DNA of 64,000 nt from Candidatus Omnitrophica bacterium CG11_big_fil_rev_8_21_14_0_20_41_12. Its GTDB lineage: Bacteria > Omnitrophota > Gorgyraeia > Gygaellales > Profunditerraquicolaceae. Below, in pieces: positions 19,116-27,244 of the stretch. The notes under the pieces were generated by a model. It saw only the letters and a program-made list of their open reading frames with translations, did no database searches and had not been told where the DNA came from. The position numbers and the translations under genes were made by a program. The stretch covers positions 1,724 to 65,723 of the forward strand of contig PCWB01000027.1 of NCBI GenBank assembly GCA_002796135.1. The letters run 5' to 3'. The first letter of the stretch is position 1; the number at the start of each line of letters is the position of its first letter.

Positions 19116-21898
19116 TTAACTTCCCCCTTCACTACCAGAAGGCAATTATCACAAATTAAAGGATGCTCTTGATCCTTACCTACCTCTAAAGAATAATTCC
19201 AGCAACGCAGGCATTTAGTTCCGCTTGCTTTGCCGACTTTGATAGAGAGCTCCTCGCAATTTCCCTTCTCCAGAGTGATCTCAATCTGTGAAACCTTAAA
19301 AATCTCACAGAGCTCAACTCTAAAGCTTTGTAAGAATGTATACCGTTCCTGGTCTTTTGTCAATATATTTATTTGCGCGTCAAAGGAGCTGCCGATGCTA
19401 CCGGCAGAGCGCATCTCTTCCAAAGCTTTTGCCGCAACCGGGATCAAATCAATGACCGGTTGAAGCTTGCTTTCCAAGAGCCTATCCTCCTGGCTGAAAA
19501 CATATGGCTTTGGCCAATCCAGAAGATGCACGCTTATAAATTGAGACTGATCTTTTTCTTTGGGCATATTCTGCCAGATCTCCTCAGCGGTAAAAACTAA
19601 AATCGGAGAGATAATCCTCACTAAAGAATTAAGCACTTCATATAATGCGGTTTGGGCTGCTCTCCTCTCTGGCGATGCAGCAGCGCAAGTATAGAGCCTG
19701 CCTTTAGCCATATCCAGATAATACATCGAGAGGTCTTCATTACAAAAATCATAAATTAATTTATAAGCCTTTTGAAACTGAAAATCCTCGTAAGCCTTAT
19801 CAACCGCAAGGCATAAGGAATCCAGGCGCAAAAGTATCCATTTATCAATTCTTCGAAAATCTTTATCCCCTGCTTTATGAATATCCGGATTATAATCATA
19901 CAAATTACTTAAAATAAAACGCGCGGTATTTCTTATCTTGCGATACGCTTCGGATAAGCGGGTTAAAATCACCGCCGAGATGCGAATATCTTCATTGTAA
20001 TCGCTGGAAGCAACCCACATCCTTAAAATATCAGCGCCGTAATCTTTAATGATCTCAAAAGGCGAAATAACATTGCCGGCTGATTTTGACATTTTCCGCC
20101 CCGACCCATCGACTACAAAACCATGGGTAAGCACATTCTTAAACGGCGCCAGCTCCTCTACACACACCGAAGAAATAAGCGATGACTGGAACCATCCGCG
20201 ATGCTGATCCGAACCCTCAAGATAAAGGCTAGCAGGAAACTCCAATTCTTTTCTTTTCTTTAATACCGCCTGCGCGCTTACCCCGGAATCAAACCAGACA
20301 TCCAGAATATCGGCGCCTTTGGAAAAATTCTTACCTTTACAATGCGGACAGCTTACATTGCCTTCGAGAAAATTCTCAATCGGCTGTTCAAGCCAACAAT
20401 CCGTACCGGTTTTTACGCTTTGACAGGCAAAATTCCTAATTACTTGAGTTAAGAGAAATTCTTCTTTGCAATCATTACAGATTAAAGCCGGGATCGGTAC
20501 CCCCCAATATCTCTGACGGGATAAGCACCAATCCGGACGCATGGCCACCATCGCCAAAATCCTCTCCTGCCCTGAGGCAGGCACCCATTTTACGTTGCTG
20601 CGAATTATCTCTTGTAATTTATTCCTTAAATCCTTATGCTCCATATTTAAAAACCATTGTTTTGTTGCTCTAAAAATTACCGGATTTTTGCAACGCCAAC
20701 AATGTGGATACGAATGCCGGATATCGGAATGAAACAACAAATTGCCGGATTTTTCTAATTTTTCAAGGATCGGCTTATTGGCTTCATAAACAGGCAGCCC
20801 CTTGAATTCTCCACAGCTGGAATCAAAAATACCTTTGGCATCAACCGGCATGATCATCGGCAGCTTATATTTGATCCCCACAAAATAATCATCATTTCCG
20901 TGGCCGGGAGCAATATGCACTAAACCGGTACCATCCTCAGCCGAAACATAATCAGCTAAAACCAACTTCCCATCTCTTGACAAAAAAGGATGCGTATAGA
21001 TCAATCCCTCCAATGCCTTTCCACTAAATTCCTTAATAATCGCATGTTCCGTAATACCGCAATTAGTTAAGAAACTAGCTAGTAAATCTTTGGCAATGAT
21101 AAAATTACCTTTTCCGGTTTTAATATAAAGATAGGTAAACTGCGGGTGTGCGGCTACGGCAACATTAGCCAATAGCGTCCAGGGAGTAGTTGTCCAAATA
21201 ACCAAAAAACTTTCATCCTGAAAATTTTTTTGTGATTTAAGTTTAAATTTTACATAAACTGAAGGCGAACCTTTATCTTCATATTCAACTTCAGCTTCAG
21301 CCAGAGCCGTTTCGCACTTAGAACACCAATTTACCGGCTTTAACCCGTGATACAGGTAACCTTTTTCATTAAGTACGGCTAAACTATTAAGAATGCTCTC
21401 TTCATAATCATGGGTTAAAGTAAGATATGGATTTTCCCAGTCGGCAAACACGCCCAGGCGCTTAAACTGCTCTTTTTGTGTTTCCACAAATTTATTCGCA
21501 TAAACATATGCAGCTTTGCGGAAATCTAATTGAGAAATTTGAGATTTATGAATTTTAAGCTCTTTGAGCAGCTGGTGCTCAATCGGCAGACCATGGCAAT
21601 CCCAGCCGGGAACATAAGCGGATGAAAACCCCCGCAAAGTTTTGTATTTTACAATAATATCTTTAAGCGTTTTATTTAAAGCATGGCCGATATGGATATT
21701 ACCATTAGCATAAGGCGGGCCATCATGCAAAATATACTTTGGCTTTGAGCTAGATTTTTTACTGATGAGCTGATAAATACCCTGCTCTATCCATTTCTGC
21801 AATGAAAGCGGCTCTCTTCTCGGAAGATCCGCTTTCATTGGAAAATCCGTTTTAGGTAAATTCAGAGTGTCTTTATATCCGGGGTTCTCAGATTTCAT
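19112..21898 (-). CDS. ileS: Isoleucine--tRNA ligase (type 1)
   Basis: DGPPYANG, HIGH, GWDCHGLP, WTTTPWT, KMSKS, C-terminal CLRCW...CDNC zinc finger. Confidence 0.97.
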   Translation of the reverse strand: MKSENPGYKDTLNLPKTDFPMKADLPRREPLSLQKWIEQGIYQLISKKSSSKPKYILHDGPPYANGNIHIGHALNKTLKDIIVKYKTLRGFSSAYVPGWDCHGLPIEHQLLKELKIHKSQISQLDFRKAAYVYANKFVETQKEQFKRLGVFADWENPYLTLTHDYEESILNSLAVLNEKGYLYHGLKPVNWCSKCETALAEAEVEYEDKGSPSVYVKFKLKSQKNFQDESFLVIWTTTPWTLLANVAVAAHPQFTYLYIKTGKGNFIIAKDLLASFLTNCGITEHAIIKEFSGKALEGLIYTHPFLSRDGKLVLADYVSAEDGTGLVHIAPGHGNDDYFVGIKYKLPMIMPVDAKGIFDSSCGEFKGLPVYEANKPILEKLEKSGNLLFHSDIRHSYPHCWRCKNPVIFRATKQWFLNMEHKDLRNKLQEIIRSNVKWVPASGQERILAMVAMRPDWCLSRQRYWGVPIPALICNDCKEEFLLTQVIRNFACQSVKTGTDCWLEQPIENFLEGNVSCPHCKGKNFSKGADILDVWFDSGVSAQAVLKKRKELEFPASLYLEGSDQHRGWFQSSLISSVCVEELAPFKNVLTHGFVVDGSGRKMSKSAGNVISPFEIIKDYGADILRMWVASSDYNEDIRISAVILTRLSEAYRKIRNTARFILSNLYDYNPDIHKAGDKDFRRIDKWILLRLDSLCLAVDKAYEDFQFQKAYKLIYDFCNEDLSMYYLDMAKGRLYTCAAASPERRAAQTALYEVLNSLVRIISPILVFTAEEIWQNMPKEKDQSQFISVHLLDWPKPYVFSQEDRLLESKLQPVIDLIPVAAKALEEMRSAGSIGSSFDAQINILTKDQERYTFLQSFRVELCEIFKVSQIEITLEKGNCEELSIKVGKASGTKCLRCWNYSLEVGKDQEHPLICDNCLLVVKGEVK

Positions 21899-22755
21899 TT
21901 TACATATTTACCGATAATTATACCTAAATTCTTCTTAATTCTAGAGGGGATAAGTTTTTTATCTGTAACGATTGCGAATTTTAATGCATTTTGGCAACTA
22001 CATTTGCGTTCAGGCTTCAATTCTTTGATCACTTTAGAAATTATTTTTTTAGCATTATCAACATTTTTCTGCAAATTACTCATTACCATCTCTAAAGTTA
22101 CCGACCCATGCTCCGGATACCAACAGTCATAATCAGTAATGCAGGCAAGGGTAGCATAACAAATCTCAGCTTCACGGCAAAGCCTGGCTTCAGCTAAATT
22201 GGTCATTCCGATTACATCCATACCCCAGGAACGATAAAGCTTACTCTCGGCAAGAGTGGAAAATTGCGGGCCCTCCATATTAATATAAGTTCCGCTTTTA
22301 TGCATATTTAAATTTAATGACTTACCGGCTGTATAAATATTAGCGCAAAGCTCATGACATACCGGATGGCTAAAAACTATGTGGCTGACAATACCTTGAT
22401 CAAAAAAAGTCATATCGCGGCCGTGATTTGTACGATCTACAAACTGATCCACCACTACAAAATCCAGGGGCTTCATTTCTTCTTTCAGGCTTCCGCAGGC
22501 AGTTACCGAAATAATCCGCTCCACCCCTAATTTTTTCATCGCAAAAATATTAGCCCGGTAATTTATTTGGCTGGGCGAAATACGATGACCTACTCCATGG
22601 CGAGGAAGAAAAACTACTTCTTTATCTTCTAATTTTCCGAGAGTAAATTTATCCGAAGGATTTCCAAAAGGGGTCTTGACCGCTACCTTCTTGATTACCT
22701 CCATCCCTTCGATTTTATATAAACCACTTCCTCCGATAATTCCGATTTTTAACAT
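21895..22755 (-). CDS. mtnP: S-methyl-5'-thioadenosine phosphorylase
   Basis: GIIGGSG, PRHG, YRANI, EGPQFST, GMT, TDYDCW. Confidence 0.92.
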   Translation of the reverse strand: MLKIGIIGGSGLYKIEGMEVIKKVAVKTPFGNPSDKFTLGKLEDKEVVFLPRHGVGHRISPSQINYRANIFAMKKLGVERIISVTACGSLKEEMKPLDFVVVDQFVDRTNHGRDMTFFDQGIVSHIVFSHPVCHELCANIYTAGKSLNLNMHKSGTYINMEGPQFSTLAESKLYRSWGMDVIGMTNLAEARLCREAEICYATLACITDYDCWYPEHGSVTLEMVMSNLQKNVDNAKKIISKVIKELKPERKCSCQNALKFAIVTDKKLIPSRIKKNLGIIIGKYVK

Positions 22756-22756
22756 A

Positions 22757-23611
22757 TTAAGCTCCCTGTCTGCCGGTAGGCAGGCTTTGCCCTAATTCAT
22801 CCGCTCGTTCTTTAGCTTTTTTCACTGCTTCATCCAGAGTCCCGCCTGCTTCTAATACTTCCAGGCCGGCTTGAGTAGTTCCTCCTTTTGAAGCAACCAT
22901 TTTGATTATATCTTCGCACGATAAATTCTTCTGGATCAACATAGCAATGATACCGTCAACAGTGCCTTGTGATAAAACCTTAGCCTCCCCACGGTCAAAA
23001 CCAAGATTCACCGCAGCATCGGCTAACATTTTAATAAACTCCTCCCGTTTATTTTGCGCATTAGCTTTAGCTTTGATATAATAGCAGAAAAAAGCCGGGC
23101 CGCTTCCTGAAATTGCCGTTGCGGCATTGATCATCTCTTCATTATCCACCGCCAACTCTAAACCGAAATAACTGAATATCTGCCAGGCTAATTGCCAGTC
23201 TGAATTAAACTCTAATGCGGTAGCATTTTTGCCCTTGAATAAAACAGATACTCCTTGATTGATTTGAGCCGGCATATTCGGCATAACCCTGATGATGCGT
23301 GTTTCTTCACCTAAGCGGCTCTTGATGTAGCCAGTAGTAATACCGGCGGCAATAGTAACGATTAATTTATCTTGCGTAAAAGACTTGATCTCATTTAGCA
23401 GAACATCAAAATCTTGCGGCTTGACCGCTAAAATAATAATTTCGGATTGTTTAACTAAATCAGCAGGATTATCGGCAACAGCTATATTTTTTAAGCCTGA
23501 GACTTTATTCTTATCTTTATCAAAAACACAGACCGTATAGTTCTCTCTTATGCGTTCTGCGATCGTCTTGCCCATATTTCCATAACCAATAATACCGATT
23601 TTTTCCATCAT
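22757..23611 (-). CDS. proC: Pyrroline-5-carboxylate reductase
   Basis: GYGNMG, LAVKPQ, RVMPN, SGSGPA, VASKGGTT. Confidence 0.92.
   Translation of the reverse strand: MMEKIGIIGYGNMGKTIAERIRENYTVCVFDKDKNKVSGLKNIAVADNPADLVKQSEIIILAVKPQDFDVLLNEIKSFTQDKLIVTIAAGITTGYIKSRLGEETRIIRVMPNMPAQINQGVSVLFKGKNATALEFNSDWQLAWQIFSYFGLELAVDNEEMINAATAISGSGPAFFCYYIKAKANAQNKREEFIKMLADAAVNLGFDRGEAKVLSQGTVDGIIAMLIQKNLSCEDIIKMVASKGGTTQAGLEVLEAGGTLDEAVKKAKERADELGQSLPTGRQGA
22765..22784. repeat. 20-bp palindromic element CCTGTCTGCCGGTAGGCAGG inside the proC 3' end
   Basis: Imperfect palindrome (two G-T pairs); encodes the LPTGRQG tail of ProC. Confidence 0.65.
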
Positions 23612-23653
23612 TTCCCCTCTCCCGCAATTATGGCGTTATATTTCAATGTGGAA

Positions 23654-23685
23654 TTCCCGCCTGATTCTAAAATTACTGGCGGGAA
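23654..23685. repeat. Inverted repeat TTCCCGCC-16nt-GGCGGGAA spanning the yggS stop
   Basis: Perfect 8-bp stem; supplies the C-terminal SRQ of YggS. Confidence 0.5.
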
Positions 23686-24329
23686 AATATCGCTCTACCT
23701 AACCTTATAATATCAGCGCCTTCTGCAATAGCCACCTCGAAATCATCGCTCATCCCCATCGAAAGCAGCCATTCAGAATTTAATTTATCACGCAATTGCC
23801 TAAGCTCTGAGAAATACGGTCGCGCTGCTTCAACGTCACTCACAATAGGAGCAATGGTCATTAAACCTTTGATTCTTACATTCTTTAGCTTTTTTATTTC
23901 TGACCAAACTTCAGATAAATCCTGCAAGGCAAATCCGGATTTTGAAGCTTCTCCTGAAGTTTTGATCTCTAAAAGAATACCCTGAACTTTATTGATCTTT
24001 AAAGCCTGCTTATTAATCTCTTGCGCCAAACTAACGCTATCAACAGAATGAATAAGATCGAATATCTTTACTGCCTCTTTTACTTTATTCGACTGCAGGT
24101 GGCCGATCATATGCCAAGTTACTCCGGATATCTGGCTATACTTTTCCAAGGCCTCCTGGACTCTGCTTTCGCCGATATGCTTTAAACCTAAACTAACAGC
24201 CTCTAAAATCTGAGCGACCGTCCTGCCCTTAGTCACACAAACTAACGTAACCTTATCAGGATCAGTCTTGACCTTCCCACAAACCTGTTCAATCCTGTGT
24301 TTAACTCTGCTTATGTTCTCTTTAATCAT
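23673..24329 (-). CDS. yggS: PLP homeostasis protein YggS/PipY
   Basis: VTK, GESRVQE, WHMIGHLQSNK, IHSVD, GLMT, LSMGMSDD, RLGRAIF. Start placed at ATG 24329. Confidence 0.93.
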   Translation of the reverse strand: MIKENISRVKHRIEQVCGKVKTDPDKVTLVCVTKGRTVAQILEAVSLGLKHIGESRVQEALEKYSQISGVTWHMIGHLQSNKVKEAVKIFDLIHSVDSVSLAQEINKQALKINKVQGILLEIKTSGEASKSGFALQDLSEVWSEIKKLKNVRIKGLMTIAPIVSDVEAARPYFSELRQLRDKLNSEWLLSMGMSDDFEVAIAEGADIIRLGRAIFSRQ

Positions 24330-24338
24330 AGATAATAT

Positions 24339-24366
24339 ATTATACACAATAACCCACGAGGGTCAA
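24339..24366 (-). promoter_or_regulatory. sigma70 promoter of the yggS operon (near-leaderless transcript)
   Basis: TTGACC (24366-24361), 16-bp spacer, TATAAT (24344-24339) with TG extension. Confidence 0.6.
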
Positions 24367-24411
24367 ATACATAAAAGAACAAAACGGTAAACGTTAATTC
24401 GAATTTTTGAA

Positions 24412-24894
24412 TTAATTAGTTTTTGGGGATTCAACGGTGAGTTTTTTATAAGCACCTTCTGTATCAGAATAAGCGTACATCCATACGCAACAATGTAGAA
24501 GCTTTCTTGCCTGAGAAAAAACCATTTTCCATTGGCCAAAGATCGGATTTTTAACTTTAAAATGTAATGCTTTTCCTAATCCTTCAAGCGGACCGGAAGC
24601 ACGCTTATAAGGATATAAATTACCTTTTGGATCTATCAATTTTACATCTACTAGCTCACAATCAACATACCAACCCACAAAATCATCTACATCATAGATT
24701 TCGAACGTTACAGTAACTATAGTGTTTGGTAATACGTCAAAAAACTCGGTAGCTCGGGTTTGGAACTCTTTATAATCTTTTGGAGGCTTATGTTCATTAT
24801 CTTCACCAAAAGAGACATAACATCCTGCCAGGATTAAAATTACTAATATAATAATTCCTTGTTTAATCATAAACTTTTGCTTTCTCTTTTCCAT
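24412..24894 (-). CDS. Hypothetical exported or lipoprotein-like protein, possible PPC-like beta-sandwich
   Basis: Basic N-terminus, hydrophobic stretch and LAGC; LIDPKG...NPIFGQW pattern; AT-rich; AGGAAGAGGG upstream. Confidence 0.6.
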   Translation of the reverse strand: MEKRKQKFMIKQGIIILVILILAGCYVSFGEDNEHKPPKDYKEFQTRATEFFDVLPNTIVTVTFEIYDVDDFVGWYVDCELVDVKLIDPKGNLYPYKRASGPLEGLGKALHFKVKNPIFGQWKMVFSQARKLLHCCVWMYAYSDTEGAYKKLTVESPKTN

Positions 24895-25000
24895 CCCTCT
24901 TCCTATTTTTTATTTCCTTTCCACTGCTTTCAGTACTATAAAAATACGTTGCTAATTTATATTACTATACCACAAATCCTAAGATTTTAAAAAATTAATA

Positions 25001-25162
25001 GCGTCTGGCTGGGCTGTGTTTTCGAGGGACGTGGAGGCAAGGAGCGGGCACGATTCACCGGCTATTGATACTCAATGAAAGCGACGCCAGCCGATCCGAG
25101 CGCAGTTACGGCACGCCGAGCCGTAACAAGCGTTCCCGAGAAAACACAGACAAAACAGATGC
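25001..25162. other. ~160-nt GC-rich folded element (ncRNA or MITE-like palindromic element)
   Basis: Terminal stems GCGTCTG/CAGATGC, CTGTGTTTTC/GAAAACACAG and GGGACG/CGTTCCC; internal GTTACGGC/GCCGTAAC hairpin; ~58% GC by manual count. Confidence 0.6.
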
Positions 25163-25164
25163 GT

Positions 25165-25208
25165 ACACCCGGTGCTTAATGGTATTGCGCCGGTGTTCCG
25201 CAGGTGCG
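25165..25208. repeat. Two-hairpin structured repeat, copy A
   Basis: ACACC-C-GGTGC-tta-atgg-tatt-GCGCC-GGTGT-tc-CGC-aggt-GCG, directly after the ftsA stop. Confidence 0.7.
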
Positions 25209-25212
25209 TAAA

Positions 25213-26466
25213 TTAAAAATATTCCTGATAAACTTCTTTGCAGCGGTTAATTACTTTGAAAAGCAGGTTCTTGGCGGGCTTTACTATTGCAAGATTTCCT
25301 ATTGTTTTACCTTCCAGGTCTTCACAGATCATTCCCAGACAGGTCAGATAAGTCAAATATTTCTGTCCGGATAGATCACTATTCTCTTTGGCTAACGCTG
25401 CAATCTCCGGATTATGGATCCTGCCGATACTTACGGGAATGCCCGTCACAGTCTCCATCATCTCAATAAATCCGTCAGTAAGCAGGGTTTTACCGACCAT
25501 AATAAAATTATCAACTTCATGCAATGCCACTTTTCTCTCCACAACCTCTTTAATCTGCGAACAGATCAGGCGTCCGAAGTTAGTGGCCATCTGCACTACT
25601 TCGCGCTGCCTGATCGGCTTATAAAATTCATCTTTCTTAACTAAAATTTCTTTATTTTCCGGAATACTGCTTGCATCCGCAATAATTCCATAGGAACGCT
25701 TGATATCTTCGGCCAGCTCAAAATTAATTTTCAATCCTTCGGAAAGCTGTTCGGTCATGCTGTTGCCGCCTAAGGGCAGGATCTGAATATCCTGCAGAAG
25801 TCCGTCTTTAAATATAAGCAACTCCGTAACATCGCTACCTACATCGCAAAATACGCTTAACCCTTTCTTTTCTTTACTACCCAGCACCGCCTTACTGGTA
25901 GCTAGCCCTGAAAAAGAAAGACTTCTGATTTCGCATCCGCATTGGCTTACAGCGCGGCTTAAACTTTGCAAAGAGGAAAGCCTAGCACAAACTAAATATA
26001 AATCTACCTCCAGCCTGTGGCTGTATAAACCGATCGGATTAATAACATTGCTTTTAGAATCTATAGAATAACTGGACGGAATCACATGAATTATTTCATC
26101 TTCTAAGCTTGAGCCCAGGATACGCGCCTGTTCATTAGCAGAGGCTATATCGGTTGAAGTAACTACTTTATTACCGCGCTCAGCAAGCGGAATAATCGCA
26201 TGGCTATGTTTAGTGGAGATATCTTTGCCGGAAAAATTAGTATGGATAAATTTTATCTTTAATCCGGATTTGGCCCGCAGGCTTTTGATGATCTTACCCA
26301 GACAAACAACCAGTTGCGTAGCGTCGACGATAACTCCTTCTTTTACTCCGCTAGAAGGCAGGCAATCAAAAAAGATATCCTCAATACGATTCTTCTTTAT
26401 TTTTGCCAATGAAGCAGAAATTTTATTTGAACCTATGTCAATTGCGCAGATATAATTATTTAGCAT
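25213..26466 (-). CDS. ftsA: Cell division protein FtsA (divergent)
   Basis: AIDIGSNKI, SSGVKEGVIVD, IIHVIP..YSID, NPIG, C-terminal amphipathic helix; follows ftsQ. Confidence 0.9.
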   Translation of the reverse strand: MLNNYICAIDIGSNKISASLAKIKKNRIEDIFFDCLPSSGVKEGVIVDATQLVVCLGKIIKSLRAKSGLKIKFIHTNFSGKDISTKHSHAIIPLAERGNKVVTSTDIASANEQARILGSSLEDEIIHVIPSSYSIDSKSNVINPIGLYSHRLEVDLYLVCARLSSLQSLSRAVSQCGCEIRSLSFSGLATSKAVLGSKEKKGLSVFCDVGSDVTELLIFKDGLLQDIQILPLGGNSMTEQLSEGLKINFELAEDIKRSYGIIADASSIPENKEILVKKDEFYKPIRQREVVQMATNFGRLICSQIKEVVERKVALHEVDNFIMVGKTLLTDGFIEMMETVTGIPVSIGRIHNPEIAALAKENSDLSGQKYLTYLTCLGMICEDLEGKTIGNLAIVKPAKNLLFKVINRCKEVYQEYF

Positions 26467-27244
26467 TATTTAGCTTAATTACCGCCTCCTTAAACCTTAA
26501 ATCAATATATTTAATATTTCCCCAATCCTTATGAGCCTGTATGACTAGTCCACCGAGAATCATCATCTTGCCTCTGATATTAGTCTCTCCGGTACGCACC
26601 TCGAACCCAGATCCCGGTAACGGAGCAGCTGGCTTTTTATAATCAACGATCAGCTTGGACAAAAGAACAAAAAAACCTGCGCTGGAAAGATCTCTCACAT
26701 CAACGCTTTTTAAAGTAAAATCACGAAATGATTTGTTGGCGTTAAATTCTTTTATAATACTTATGGCCAGATCAAGCTCCAGTCTCTTATATTTTGTCCC
26801 CGGCTTAGGAGCAAATATCTTTGTCTCTAAGCCATAGATTACCGGTAGCCCGGATTCCTCGTCAGTTGAATCCGAATAAAACAATACACCTTGCTCATCA
26901 ATTACAAAATTCCGATAGAATTTAACTAAGGCCAGCGGCTTGCGTTTTAAAAAATCAATGAATATACAATTGGGAAATACTCTGGTAAATCTTACTTTAC
27001 GGCAATCCGGGCACCCCGCAGCAACCTGGCGCGATTGGACGCCTAAATCTAAACTGAAAATATTCCTTCCCTTTAGATAATCAAATGACGCATCGGAATT
27101 TCTAACGATAACCTGCTTAACCGAAAAAAATTCCGAAGTCGTCAATACCTTCCAAATATATCCTATTAAAAAAGAGATAGCAAGTGAAATTATCGCCAGA
27201 GTAATAATAATTTTTACGGGTAGATTAAATCTTCTTTTTCTCAT
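26456..27244 (-). CDS. ftsQ: Cell division protein FtsQ/DivIB
   Basis: TM helix, POTRA-like region (FSVKQVIV...GRNIFSLDL...RVFPN), YIDLRF. Confidence 0.85.
   Translation of the reverse strand: MRKRRFNLPVKIIITLAIISLAISFLIGYIWKVLTTSEFFSVKQVIVRNSDASFDYLKGRNIFSLDLGVQSRQVAAGCPDCRKVRFTRVFPNCIFIDFLKRKPLALVKFYRNFVIDEQGVLFYSDSTDEESGLPVIYGLETKIFAPKPGTKYKRLELDLAISIIKEFNANKSFRDFTLKSVDVRDLSSAGFFVLLSKLIVDYKKPAAPLPGSGFEVRTGETNIRGKMMILGGLVIQAHKDWGNIKYIDLRFKEAVIKLNNAK

Noticed and set aside
21895-21900. T-box leader upstream of ileS
   Set aside because: ileS overlaps the mtnP stop, so there is no leader region.
25001-25162. Assignment of the folded element as 6S RNA or SRP RNA
   Set aside because: The size fits 6S, but the core is multibranched rather than a central bubble, I see no SRP GGAA-loop domain, and no clear promoter. 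Left unassigned.
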